Positions 40,501-48,581 of a stretch of DNA of 64,000 bases are shown here, one piece after another. The stretch comes from Bryobacteraceae bacterium. GTDB taxonomy: Bacteria > Acidobacteriota > Terriglobia > Bryobacterales > Bryobacteraceae. The DNA is taken from NCBI GenBank assembly GCA_040081455.1, contig JBEBGM010000012.1, positions 15,124-79,123 on the forward strand, read 5' to 3'. Both the position numbers and the translations under genes were made by a program. The notes under the pieces were generated by a model, which did not search any database, was not told where the DNA came from, and saw nothing but the letters and a program-made list of their open reading frames with translations. Position 1 is the stretch's first letter; every line of letters begins with the position of its first letter.

Positions 40501-40870
40501 CAATCAGGGCCGCGTTGGCTTCCACGTTCACCTGTTCGGTGACGGCACCGACTTTCAGCGCGATATCGATCGCCGGGTCGGTGGCCACCTGTAAGGTCAC
40601 GCCGGTTTGTACAGCTTTGGTGAAGCCTTCTTTGGAAACCTCAATGCGATAGGGACCGATTGGCAGCGTGGTGAGAATGTAGCCGCCATCCGCGCCCGTG
40701 TTTGCCGTACGAGTTGCGCCCGTATCGGTTTGAACTGCTTTGACTTCTGCTCCAGGAACCGCCGCGCCCGAAGAGTCTTGAACGGTACCGTGAATCTGCG
40801 CCGTGCCCTGCGCCCAAACTGAGGCCGCCGCGCAAAGCAGGAATACAGCCAGACGTACGAAAGACATCAT
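37535..40870 (-). CDS. TonB-dependent-receptor-like outer-membrane protein with N-terminal carboxypeptidase-regulatory-like domain (paralog 1)
   Basis: 1111-aa ORF. Sec signal (AVFLLCAAASVWAQ), CarboxypepD_reg-like module (GTVQDSSGAAVPGAEVKAV...GGYILTTLPIGPYRIEV), plug-like region (ELPLNGRNVTDL), a long beta-rich body and the C-terminal OMP signature ...FAMKFTF. Confidence 0.85.
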   Translation of the reverse strand: MMSFVRLAVFLLCAAASVWAQGTAQIHGTVQDSSGAAVPGAEVKAVQTDTGATRTANTGADGGYILTTLPIGPYRIEVSKEGFTKAVQTGVTLQVATDPAIDIALKVGAVTEQVNVEANAALIETRSSGIGEVVQNQRIVELPLNGRNVTDLVNLAGAAVTFGTSQSRWFGGLPNISMGGQLFYATDYSLDGADHTNFLSGTTMPIAFPDAVQEFKAESSGQTAQRGRAAAVSVVTKSGTNDIHGDAFEFIRNDGFGVARDYFATTKDSLKRHQFGGVIGGAIIKNKLFAFGGFQGTTLRQLAANSTATIPTARMLNGDFSGCANFNASAIGTTAGVTGASSLDPAQFSPVSKFLLNKMLPTINAATGPCGQITYAGTNNPANGYPLYQNDKQMVGRVDYQINDGHSAFFRLVNTLVNVPVTSTLNSNMLAAGGNGSDQFAQSYAIGDTYVLSPTMVNSARIAFNRTANRLSSTNLFTLCDAGVKIYCGGATPGQLGQVNVVGFFQLSTGLGDGDAWRGYSLAFNDDVNWIRGSHQMTFGGGFLQGRVNEFNHFAPPGNFQFNGRTTGSSMADFLLGITPLSFFQGLPNAYITRQNMMNMYFTDTWKVNSRLTINYGVRWEPYLPLQVKNGQISAFDMGRFKAGTRSQMFTKAPLGFYFPGDPGFPETSGANRQWHNFSPRIGLAFDPMGDGKMSIRASYAFSYVYVPGINREDQGGSNPWGGRATFSNPATFADPFASVPGGNPFPYTVDKNAPFTPRGQFFTNPYNLPALNSYSWNVAIQRQLGTTWVASATYIGSRIMRMYANDPINYGQLVNGPIVTTGCAPTAITCNAAANVDARRVLSLLNPAEGLYVGHMAQWDPSVTQRYNAMLLSLQKRFSHGISTSANWTWSHCTGYMQGFNSKQDQTVTAPGNVLFDRGDCDSDRRHIINFTAVAQAPRFSNNTLRMVASNWQLATIYKFTTGQTISVQSGADRSLTGINHQRPNLVSPDSVYGSNTPGGFFINKAAFVAQPLGTNGNLGWNSVVGPVYWTLDLALSRDFKMKERYTFQIRADAFNVTNSFVANPPSTATSSSAAPQATPAFAVITSPIFGQLVNAQPTRKLQFAMKFTF

Positions 40871-41004
40871 TATGCTCCCTTTTTGTTTCTAAAACGTTGG
40901 AACCAACTGACCCGCAAACTCCAAAACTCTTGGGGAAGTCTATCACAATACCCAAACGGGATTATCAACTGCCTGCCATTGGATACAGCTAGGTATCGAC
41001 TCGA

Positions 41005-41440
41005 TCATCCCAGCCTCGGGAACAGTCGTTCCGCGTTACCGCGGTTAATCGCTTGCCAATCTTTCGGGGAAAAGCCGCGATACTCGTCGAGTCCCTCGAT
41101 GGTGAGGTCGTAGGGGCGGATGGTAGCGTCGCTGCCAAACAGGATCTGCGACACCGGGACGACATCCTTCATCGCGTCGAGCGCTGGAGCCTTTGATGCG
41201 TGAGCGGTTTCGAAGTAAAAGCGTTGGATTTCGTACTCGACGCCTTTGGGAAGGCGGTTCAGCAGGTTCTTCGGATAATCATCAATGATCCGCGCGGCAA
41301 GCACGGTGAAGGTAGTGATGATGCACATCAATGCGGCCAGTCTTTTTACCCTGTCCAAGCAACGCCGCGGCGGGCAGGAAGGCTGTGACTGTGCCGATTG
41401 TCTTGAGGAAACCCCTGCGAGAAAAATTGGTCCGGGTCAT
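41005..41440 (-). pseudogene. Remnant of a Tat-exported amidohydrolase_2 (PF04909-like) gene
   Basis: The ATG at 41440 gives MTRTNFSRRGFLKTIGTVTAFLPAAALLGQGKKTGRIDVHHH, followed by a stop within 10 codons. A second frame (ORF 41005..41358) encodes only the C-terminal ~95 residues (FETAHAS...PVSQILFGSD...INRGNAERLFPRLG). Both pieces align with the intact 391-aa paralog at 45027..46202. About 240 central codons, including the SHGGG region, are missing. Confidence 0.65.
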
Positions 41441-41480
41441 TGTGCCTTGCCGCTCCGGCGTTCGACGAGTATACAAAAGC

Positions 41481-41507
41481 AAAGGGACCGCGCGAAGCGG
41501 TCCCTTT
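41481..41507 (-). terminator. Rho-independent terminator after TBDR-like gene 2
   Basis: The minus strand reads AAAGGGACCGC-TTCGC-GCGGTCCCTTT followed by GCTTTTGTAT, 24 nt after the stop codon. Confidence 0.7.
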
Positions 41508-41531
41508 CTTTCCATTCACGCTGTACGCGAA

Positions 41532-44500
41532 TTAGAAGGTGTACTTCAAAGCGAACTGCATAATGCGCGGATCGAGCGAACCAAGGATTCGTCCGAAAGC
41601 GGCGTTCGTTGAGTTCGCAAACGTGGGTGTTCCCGCATTGGCAGTGGAGGATGCAATGTTCGATCCATTCTGCAGAGTGGAGGTCGCGAACACGGGCCGG
41701 AAGCTATTGGTTAAATTGTAAGCCTCCGCGCGAACTTCCAACTGATGTCCTTCCATGAGTTTGAAGCTGCGCGAGAGCGAAACGTCGAAGTTAAACGTAC
41801 CGGGAGCCGTGAGGGCGTTCCAGCCAAGGTTGCCGTAGGTGCCAAGTGCTGGCAGGTTGGCGCTTCCGCCAAACGCCGCGGCGTTCAAGAACGTCTGCCC
41901 AGGACCGGATTGACCAGTGTAAACGTTGGCAGGATCGATCAGATTCGGGCGCTGGCGGAGTGTGCCGGTGAGAGCGCGGTCCGTCTGGCCCATGGAGACG
42001 TTGATGGGCGAACCGGAGGAATAACGATAGATTCCCGAGAACTTCCATCCGCTGGCAGCCATACGCATCATGTTGTTGCTAAAGCGCGGCGTTTCGGCGA
42101 GAGCCGTCAAGTTGAACAGATGACGGCGATCGGCGTCGCAGTTGCCCCGTTCAAAGTTGCGGTCGTTCGGCTTCGTGTAGGTTTCATCGGCCGGGGGACC
42201 GTTGGCGTTGATATCGGCGAAGTTGCCGATGCAGTGCGACCAAGTGTAATTCGCACTAACGCTAGTACCGCGGCTGAGGCGCTTCTGGATCGAGAGCAAC
42301 AGTCCGTGATAGACCTGCGTCGCGCCATCGTCGTAGCGCGCCATTGGGCCCAGGAAGCTCCCATACTCAGGACGAATGAGACCCAAACGCCGACGGGCGT
42401 CGGTGTTCGTCGCGGTGGCGCCCGGCACCGTGGGATCGGCCCAGTTGATTGGGTTCAAGCCCCAGATGTGCATAGTGCGGCTGCCAATGTAGGTGGCTGA
42501 CGCAAGCCAATTGGCCCCAAACTGGCGCTGCAGCGCGACGTTCCAAGTGTAGGTGGTTGGCGTCTGCTGATTGTAGCTCGGGTCCGGCGTAAGGAACAGA
42601 CCGCGCGGCGTGAACGTTGCGTTCCGGTTGACCACATAGGGGAACGGGTTCCCGATTCCCTGCCATGGATTCACGAGTCCACCCGCAGGACGGGTGATGG
42701 TGGTGCGGCCGCCCCACGGGTTGGCGCCCGACGCGTCTTCACGCCAAATGCCTGGAAGGAACGCATAGCCATAGGCGTAAGATGCGCGAATGGACGTTTT
42801 TCCGTCGCCCATCGGATCCCAAGCCAGGCCGATGCGGGGAGCAAAACGTGCCCACTGATTGTTCTGGCCTTTCAAGCCCGGGAAGCCCTGATCGCCGGGA
42901 TAGAAGAACCCGGCGGGAGCATTCACATACTGCGTGCTCTTAATATTGGCGGCAAAGCGAGCTTCGTCAAAGGTGTAGGCCGCGCCGTTCATGATGGACT
43001 GCGGGAGATACGGCTCCCAGCGAACTCCGACATTGACCGTCAGACGCGAATTCAACTTCCAAGCATCAGTAAAGTACAGGTTGAAGGTGTTCATCCGGAC
43101 CTGATGGACGTTGTCCAGACCCTGGAACAGGCTATTCAAACGGCCGAGCATGAAGTCAGCTAATCCAAGGCCGCCGGCCTGCAGAACGGCACCGCTGAAG
43201 TTCATCTGGCCGCCGCTGGCGAAGTTATTGTACTGGTTGAAACGGCCGTGCAGGTAGCCAACACCGAAGGTCATTTGGTGAGCGCCTTTCACCCAGTTGA
43301 CGTCGTCGTTGAAGCTGTAGCTAGTCGGGCGGTTGTAGTTGCCCTCTTTGAATGAGGTGCCCATGGAGAATCCGCCGGTGACGCTCAGCGTACCGATGAA
43401 CGTCGGGTTGGCACCGCACCAGAAGTTTTGGACACCGGCGTCACAGTAGGAGAAATAATCCTGGCCGCCAGGGCGCGTGCTGGACGTGCGGTTATACGCA
43501 ACACGGAAGGAATTGACCATGGTGGAACTGACCACGTAGGTGTCGCCGATCGCGTAAGAGTGGGCCAAGCTGTCGATGCCGATGCCGGAGGCGTTCAACA
43601 GGTTATTCGTAATCGTCAACGAAGACGGCGTGTATTGGGTGCTAAACAACATGCGCCCATAGACGGTCTGCTTATCGCTAACCTGGTAATCGACTTTCCC
43701 GCCGTACTGGTGTTCGTCGAGGATTCTAGGAGTTCCGAACGAAACAAGGCCGCAGGAATTGGGGGTCTGGCCAACGCTCCCAAGCAGTTTGTTCGCGATG
43801 TAAACCGCGGGTGCTGCGTATTGGGACGGGTTGATCGTGTTGCCGCTAAAGGGCGCCGCGAGGTTGCGCGCAGTGCCGCTATTGCAAGCGGCGGAAGCGA
43901 TGGAGGTCCAATCGCCGGAAAGCATTTGTGCGGTGGGAATGAACGCGGTCTGGCTTGCCGCATCCGCGCGAGTGAAGGTCCCTTGATAGCCGCCGAAGAA
44001 GAACAATTTGTTCTGCTTGATGGGTCCGCCGATGGTTCCACCGAACTGATTGCGCTTCAGAGAACTCTTCGTGCTTCGCTGGCCCGTAATGTTGTAGAAA
44101 TTCGCGTTCGTCGCGCTGTTGCGAAGGAATTCAAACAACGATCCGTGCCACGCGTTGGTGCCCGACTTTGTGACCACGGCGACAGCCGACGCGTTACCGC
44201 GGTTTGCCGCCAAGCCACTGGTTTCCACTTTGAATTCCTGGAGAGCATCCGGGAAGAAGATCGGCATGCCGACGCCGCTCAGGAAGTTGATGTGATTGGC
44301 GCCATCTAGCGTGTAATCGACGTTGATCGGAGCGCCGCCGCTGATCGCGATGAAGGGCAACCCTCCGAAGAAACGGTCACTGGTCTGCTGCGTGGCAACC
44401 GCCGCGCCGGAAAGGGTGATGAGATCGGTCACCTGGCGCCCGTTGAGCGGAAGTTCCAGGATTCGCTGGTTTTCGACCACCTGACCGACGCCTTGGCTGC

Positions 44501-44879
44501 GGGTTTCAACGAGAGCCGCGTTGGCCTCGACGGTCACCTGCTCCGACTGCGCACCGACTTTGAGCGAAACATCGATAAGTGGATCGGCGTTCACCTGAAG
44601 CGTAATGCCTTCTTGTATGTATGTGGTAAAGCCCATCTTGGTGACTTCCAGCCGGTATGGTCCGACCGGAAGGTTAGTGAGAACATAGCCACCGTCCGCG
44701 CCGGTAGTGATCGAGCGCGTAGCGCCCGTAGCGGTTTGAGTCGCTTTGACGTCGGCACCAGGAACGGCGGCGCCTGTGGCGTCCTGTACGATGCCATGCA
44801 CCTGTGCAGTGGTTTGCGCCCACGCGGCGGCACATGCGAACAGGCAGAAAAAGAGTAACCGAGATATCGTTTTTTGCAC
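41532..44879 (-). CDS. TonB-dependent-receptor-like outer-membrane protein with carboxypeptidase-regulatory-like domain (paralog 2)
   Basis: 1115-aa ORF with a GTG start after GGGGG. Same architecture as 37535..40870. 101 of the first 141 mature residues are identical by hand count. It ends ...FALKYTF. Confidence 0.85.
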   Translation of the reverse strand: MQKTISRLLFFCLFACAAAWAQTTAQVHGIVQDATGAAVPGADVKATQTATGATRSITTGADGGYVLTNLPVGPYRLEVTKMGFTTYIQEGITLQVNADPLIDVSLKVGAQSEQVTVEANAALVETRSQGVGQVVENQRILELPLNGRQVTDLITLSGAAVATQQTSDRFFGGLPFIAISGGAPINVDYTLDGANHINFLSGVGMPIFFPDALQEFKVETSGLAANRGNASAVAVVTKSGTNAWHGSLFEFLRNSATNANFYNITGQRSTKSSLKRNQFGGTIGGPIKQNKLFFFGGYQGTFTRADAASQTAFIPTAQMLSGDWTSIASAACNSGTARNLAAPFSGNTINPSQYAAPAVYIANKLLGSVGQTPNSCGLVSFGTPRILDEHQYGGKVDYQVSDKQTVYGRMLFSTQYTPSSLTITNNLLNASGIGIDSLAHSYAIGDTYVVSSTMVNSFRVAYNRTSSTRPGGQDYFSYCDAGVQNFWCGANPTFIGTLSVTGGFSMGTSFKEGNYNRPTSYSFNDDVNWVKGAHQMTFGVGYLHGRFNQYNNFASGGQMNFSGAVLQAGGLGLADFMLGRLNSLFQGLDNVHQVRMNTFNLYFTDAWKLNSRLTVNVGVRWEPYLPQSIMNGAAYTFDEARFAANIKSTQYVNAPAGFFYPGDQGFPGLKGQNNQWARFAPRIGLAWDPMGDGKTSIRASYAYGYAFLPGIWREDASGANPWGGRTTITRPAGGLVNPWQGIGNPFPYVVNRNATFTPRGLFLTPDPSYNQQTPTTYTWNVALQRQFGANWLASATYIGSRTMHIWGLNPINWADPTVPGATATNTDARRRLGLIRPEYGSFLGPMARYDDGATQVYHGLLLSIQKRLSRGTSVSANYTWSHCIGNFADINANGPPADETYTKPNDRNFERGNCDADRRHLFNLTALAETPRFSNNMMRMAASGWKFSGIYRYSSGSPINVSMGQTDRALTGTLRQRPNLIDPANVYTGQSGPGQTFLNAAAFGGSANLPALGTYGNLGWNALTAPGTFNFDVSLSRSFKLMEGHQLEVRAEAYNLTNSFRPVFATSTLQNGSNIASSTANAGTPTFANSTNAAFGRILGSLDPRIMQFALKYTF

Positions 44880-44928
44880 AACAACCCCCTATTGAAAATG
44901 CAGCCCCTAAAACGAAAGGTCCTTGAAG

Positions 44929-44957
44929 AAACTATCATTACCACTCGTTAATGTCAA
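44929..44957 (-). promoter_or_regulatory. Candidate sigma70-type promoter for TBDR-like gene 2
   Basis: The minus strand reads TTGACA-17 nt-TAGTTT in an AT-rich divergent intergenic region, about 45 nt upstream of the GTG start. Confidence 0.35.
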
Positions 44958-44989
44958 CCCGGTCATAGTTACCTAAACATAACAAGAAC

Positions 44990-45018
44990 TTGACATTGAT
45001 CATGAGATTCGACATAAT
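44990..45018 (+). promoter_or_regulatory. Candidate sigma70-type promoter for the amidohydrolase gene
   Basis: TTGACA (44990..44995), a 17-nt spacer, then CATAAT (45013..45018). The ATG at 45027 is only 8 nt past the -10 box and has no SD in between. Confidence 0.4.
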
Positions 45019-45026
45019 TTCGTGCC

Positions 45027-46202
45027 ATGGAAGTAACCCAAAGTAAACCCATTCTGACTGCCGAAGGGTCATCTCGTCGTGTCTTTTTGGCTACCGGCTT
45101 GGCTGCTACTGGCATAGCAGCATTGTTCCCGCGCTTGACGTCTCTGGCTCAATCGGGCAATAATCCACGGCGCATTGACGTGCACCATCACTTCACTCCC
45201 CCGGCCTATTTGGAGTTCACCCGGATGTACAACAGCACGCCGGGCGCTGGCGGCGGACGGGGTGGCGCAGCGGCGGGTCGTGCTGGGAATGCACCCGCGC
45301 AGCCGGGCCGCGGGACTAGCGCTTTCGCGGGCTGGCGGCTCGAAGAGGACATGGCCGATATGGACAAGAACGGCACCGCGACCGCTATCCTTTCGCTGAC
45401 AACGCCGGGATTGTGGTTTGGTCCACAGGCCGCTGTCCGCAAAGTGGTGCGCGATTCGAATGAGTACGCGGCAAAGTTGATGTCCGACCATCCGGGCCGG
45501 TTCGGAAGCTTCGCTTCCATCTATCCGCCGGATACCGACAACGCGCTGAAGGAGATTGAGTATTCGCTCGACAAACTGAAGGCCGATGGCATCGCGCTGT
45601 ATACGAACTATCGCGACAAGTGGCTGGGGCACGAATTCTTCAATCCGGTTTGGGAAGAACTGAATCGCCGCAAGGCGGTGGTGTACGTCCATCCGATTGA
45701 AGCGGCGTGCTGCGTGAATCCCGTGGCCGACGTGACGGATACGATTATCGAATACGGCGCCGACACCACGCGCACCATCGCGAGCCTGATCTTCAGCGGA
45801 TCATCGACGAAGTATCCCGACATCAAGTGGATCTTTTCGCATGGCGGCGGCATGATGCCGTACGTGATCGAACGCTTCGTGAACGGCACGACGGTGGAAC
45901 TGGTTCCTGGCATAGTGACGAAAGGACAGGGCAACATTCCTCCGGCGAAGGTTCCCGGCGGCGTTTTGAAAGAACTGCAGAAGATGCATTATGACACCGC
46001 GCAGGCATCAAACCCGGTTGCGATGCGCGCGCTGCGCACCGTTGTTCCCGTCACGCAGATTCTATTCGGCACTGACTACTGGTACCGCACGGCCGAAGAA
46101 ACCGGCCGCGGGCTGACCACGAACAAGGTGTTTACAGACGCCGAGTTGAAGATGATTGATCGCGGCAACGTGGAACGGATTCTCCCTAAGTACAAAGGCT
46201 AA
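45027..46202 (+). CDS. Tat-exported amidohydrolase_2 family (ACMSD/LigW/LigI-type metal-dependent hydrolase) protein
   Basis: 391-aa ORF. Twin-arginine signal SSRRVFLATGLAATGIAAL, then RRIDVHHHFTPP, SHGGGMMPY, ILFGTDYW and RGNVERILP. Confidence 0.8.
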   Translation: MEVTQSKPILTAEGSSRRVFLATGLAATGIAALFPRLTSLAQSGNNPRRIDVHHHFTPPAYLEFTRMYNSTPGAGGGRGGAAAGRAGNAPAQPGRGTSAFAGWRLEEDMADMDKNGTATAILSLTTPGLWFGPQAAVRKVVRDSNEYAAKLMSDHPGRFGSFASIYPPDTDNALKEIEYSLDKLKADGIALYTNYRDKWLGHEFFNPVWEELNRRKAVVYVHPIEAACCVNPVADVTDTIIEYGADTTRTIASLIFSGSSTKYPDIKWIFSHGGGMMPYVIERFVNGTTVELVPGIVTKGQGNIPPAKVPGGVLKELQKMHYDTAQASNPVAMRALRTVVPVTQILFGTDYWYRTAEETGRGLTTNKVFTDAELKMIDRGNVERILPKYKG

Positions 46203-46225
46203 AGTTTCAGCTGATCCCTGAAAAA

Positions 46226-46264
46226 CGCAGGACCCGCCGAAAGCCTTCCAGGTCGGGTCCTGCG
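46226..46264. terminator. Bidirectional rho-independent terminator
   Basis: CGCAGGACCCG-17 nt loop-CGGGTCCTGCG, flanked by AAAAA upstream and ATTTTTT downstream. It lies between convergent genes. Confidence 0.7.
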
Positions 46265-46299
46265 ATTTTTTCTGCGCGGAATGCCGGAGCGGCCCGGAC

Positions 46300-46584
46300 T
46301 CAGCGCGGCGCATCTTCCTTAAAAAACTCAACGTAAAAGCTCACTTCGCCCACTGGCGTCACCGAGTGGCCAACTTGCGGTTCGATGATTGCCGTCACCC
46401 CTGGAGATACGGTGTGCACTTCACCGCCGTCGATCGCATAGCGAAGATGGCCCTGCTGCACGTGGATGACTCCCCAAACACCGGCAGCCGTGAAATGAGC
46501 TTCCTGCATCACCTTGGGAATAGTCTGCTCCGTAAACGTTGCCGTACGACGGAATGGAGAGAGATTCGAGGGGAGCGTTTTCAT
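46300..46584 (-). CDS. DUF1971 (YeaR/TehB N-terminal-like) protein
   Basis: ORF 46300..46659; the ATG at 46584 is preceded by GGAG. A 94-aa cupin-like product matches the YeaR pattern (TFTEQTIPK...GVWGVIHVQQGHLRY...PGVTAIIEPQVGHSV...FYVEFF). Confidence 0.65.
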   Translation of the reverse strand: MKTLPSNLSPFRRTATFTEQTIPKVMQEAHFTAAGVWGVIHVQQGHLRYAIDGGEVHTVSPGVTAIIEPQVGHSVTPVGEVSFYVEFFKEDAPR

Positions 46585-46729
46585 GCTTTCTCCTACTTGC
46601 GGAGGAAGTATAGCAGCGGGGGTGATGCGAAGGAAGGCTGGGGCGGGAGTCGCAGCCACCAGGTTGGTTTTTGGGCGCTTTCAAACAGACGGGACGGGGA
46701 CCTCGGCGCGCGACAGGGGTCCCGCATTC

Positions 46730-47989
46730 CTACTTCTTCGGCCAAACGACGCCTTGGTCTTTCGCGGTCACGGGGGCCAAGCCTCTGTAGACGAATTTTT
46801 GTACGCGCTGGCCGCGGTAGGTTTCGGTGGTGTAGATGTTGCCTTTGGAATCCGTTGCGATGCTGTGGACTCCATAGAATTCGCCGGGCTGTCGGCCGCC
46901 TTCGCCGAAGCTGGTGATCACTTCGAGCGACTGACGGTCCAGGATATGCACCCGGTCGTTTTCTCCGTCGGCGAGATAGATGTACTTCTGCTGCGGGTCT
47001 TTCGAAAACGCGATGTCCCACACAGAGCCGGACCCGAGCGTTTCCTTCTCGATGTACTTCTCTTTGAGAAAGCTGCCATCGGGATGGAACACTTGGATGC
47101 GGTCGCCGGCGCGGTCGCAAACATACAGCAGGTTGTCACGGGTCAGTTCGGCGCAATGCACCGGGTTGCGGAACTGCGGATCGGGCGGTGCGTTCGGATC
47201 GTAGGGCGGCAAAAGTATGTCGTTGGGCATTTTGCCGTAGGCTCCCCAGTGCCGTTTGTACTTTCCAGTCTCGGCGTCGAAGACAATCACGCGGTGGTTG
47301 GCGTAGCCATCGGCCACGTACAGTTCATTGGTTTTTGGATCGACGAAGGTCTTCGCGGGGAGGCGGAGGTTCTCGATGTCGTTTGAGCCTTTGCTCGCTT
47401 TGGGCTTACCGATCTGCATCAGGAACTTGCCGTCTTGGGTGAACTTCAGCACCTGGTTATCGGAGAAACTTTCGACGCGGCCACCGGTGGCTCCCGCGGG
47501 GAGTTCTTCATCCTGGCCGTTGATGGCCCCACGAGCGCTCTGTGGACCGCGGCCGTTGCCGCCGATCCACACGTTGCCTTTGTAATCGATGGTGATGCCG
47601 TGATTCGAATCGGGCCAATCGTACCCGTTGCCTTTCCCTCCCCAGTGGCGCAAGAGGTTGCCTGCCTGATCAAACTCAAGCACGGGCGGCGCGGGGGCGC
47701 AGCATTGCGCAATCTTCGGATTGGTGGTCGCATGCAGTTCGCCTGCTTCCAATGAACCGGCGCGATGAATGATCCAGATGTGATCCTGTGCGTCGACCGA
47801 GACGCCGATGGTCTGACCCATGATCCAGTGGTTCGGCAATGGCTTGGGCCACAGGGGATCGACCTCAAAGCGTGGGACCGAAGTGGTGGCAGCCTGCGCA
47901 ACACTCTTCTTTTCGAGCCAATAAGAGCCAGCGCCCAGCGCGCTGAGCACGGCGAGGAAACTCAATCCAACATAGAGATCGCGCTTCAT
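46730..47989 (-). CDS. Secreted NHL-repeat beta-propeller protein (peptidylamidoglycolate-lyase-like)
   Basis: ORF 46730..48286; the ATG at 47989 follows GGAGG and gives the signal MKRDLYVGLSFLAVLSALGAG. Repeated NHL motifs (LYVADGYANHRVIVFD, LYVCDRAGDRIQVFH, IYLADGENDRVHILD, IYTTETYRGQRVQKF). Confidence 0.75.
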   Translation of the reverse strand: MKRDLYVGLSFLAVLSALGAGSYWLEKKSVAQAATTSVPRFEVDPLWPKPLPNHWIMGQTIGVSVDAQDHIWIIHRAGSLEAGELHATTNPKIAQCCAPAPPVLEFDQAGNLLRHWGGKGNGYDWPDSNHGITIDYKGNVWIGGNGRGPQSARGAINGQDEELPAGATGGRVESFSDNQVLKFTQDGKFLMQIGKPKASKGSNDIENLRLPAKTFVDPKTNELYVADGYANHRVIVFDAETGKYKRHWGAYGKMPNDILLPPYDPNAPPDPQFRNPVHCAELTRDNLLYVCDRAGDRIQVFHPDGSFLKEKYIEKETLGSGSVWDIAFSKDPQQKYIYLADGENDRVHILDRQSLEVITSFGEGGRQPGEFYGVHSIATDSKGNIYTTETYRGQRVQKFVYRGLAPVTAKDQGVVWPKK

Positions 47990-48130
47990 TGGGCCTCCAT
48001 GGACACGGCGGTCGGTCGCGTGTACTCCAGCCAGCATATTACGAATTTGAGAACAGCGATGGGCGGCGTCAAAATCCGCCGCAGGTTGCAAACCTACCCC
48101 ACGGGTGGCTACAGTTGTCGCTGAATCGAC

Positions 48131-48505
48131 ATGAAGCGGATTTCGGGCATTTCTGCCTTGCTTGGGTTCTTGCTTGGCGCGCCGCTGGTGGCGCATCACG
48201 GAACGTTCAGCGATTACCTTGCCGATAAGCTGCTCACCATGAAAGGTGTGGTCACTGAGTTTCAATTCGTGAACCCGCATGTCCAAGTGTTTTTCACGGT
48301 GACAGCGGAGGATGGGTCCGTTGTACGCTGGGGTGCGGAAATGGTGGAGACGCCGGGCATACTCAAAAAACGGAATCCGTTCTGGTCTCGCGAAGCAGTG
48401 AAGCCAGGGGATCGCATCGAGATTGTCTGTAACGCGCCACGGGATCCTGCGGCAAGAATATGCAGGGCGCAGGAGTTTACGATTGACGGGAAACGGATGT
48501 ACTAG
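48131..48505 (+). CDS. DUF6152-like small secreted protein
   Basis: 124-aa ORF. Signal peptide ending ...APLVAHHG, then L.MKGVVTEFQFVNPHVQVFF, which is typical of this family as I remember it. Confidence 0.6.
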   Translation: MKRISGISALLGFLLGAPLVAHHGTFSDYLADKLLTMKGVVTEFQFVNPHVQVFFTVTAEDGSVVRWGAEMVETPGILKKRNPFWSREAVKPGDRIEIVCNAPRDPAARICRAQEFTIDGKRMY

Positions 48506-48581
48506 GCTGGCGCTGAATCAATCCGCGATCCATTCAGGGTAGGATGTAGTCAGCAAGCCGCCACATTCCGGAGGGAATCTC

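Noticed and set aside
46730-48286. Long N-terminal extensions proposed by the ORF track. This case has 99 extra codons; others are at 50021, 49186, 57188..60556, 34059, 29693 and 23617.
   Set aside because: Internal ATG/GTG starts preceded by SD sequences give canonical N-termini or signal peptides. The extensions overlap neighbouring genes or divergent promoters.
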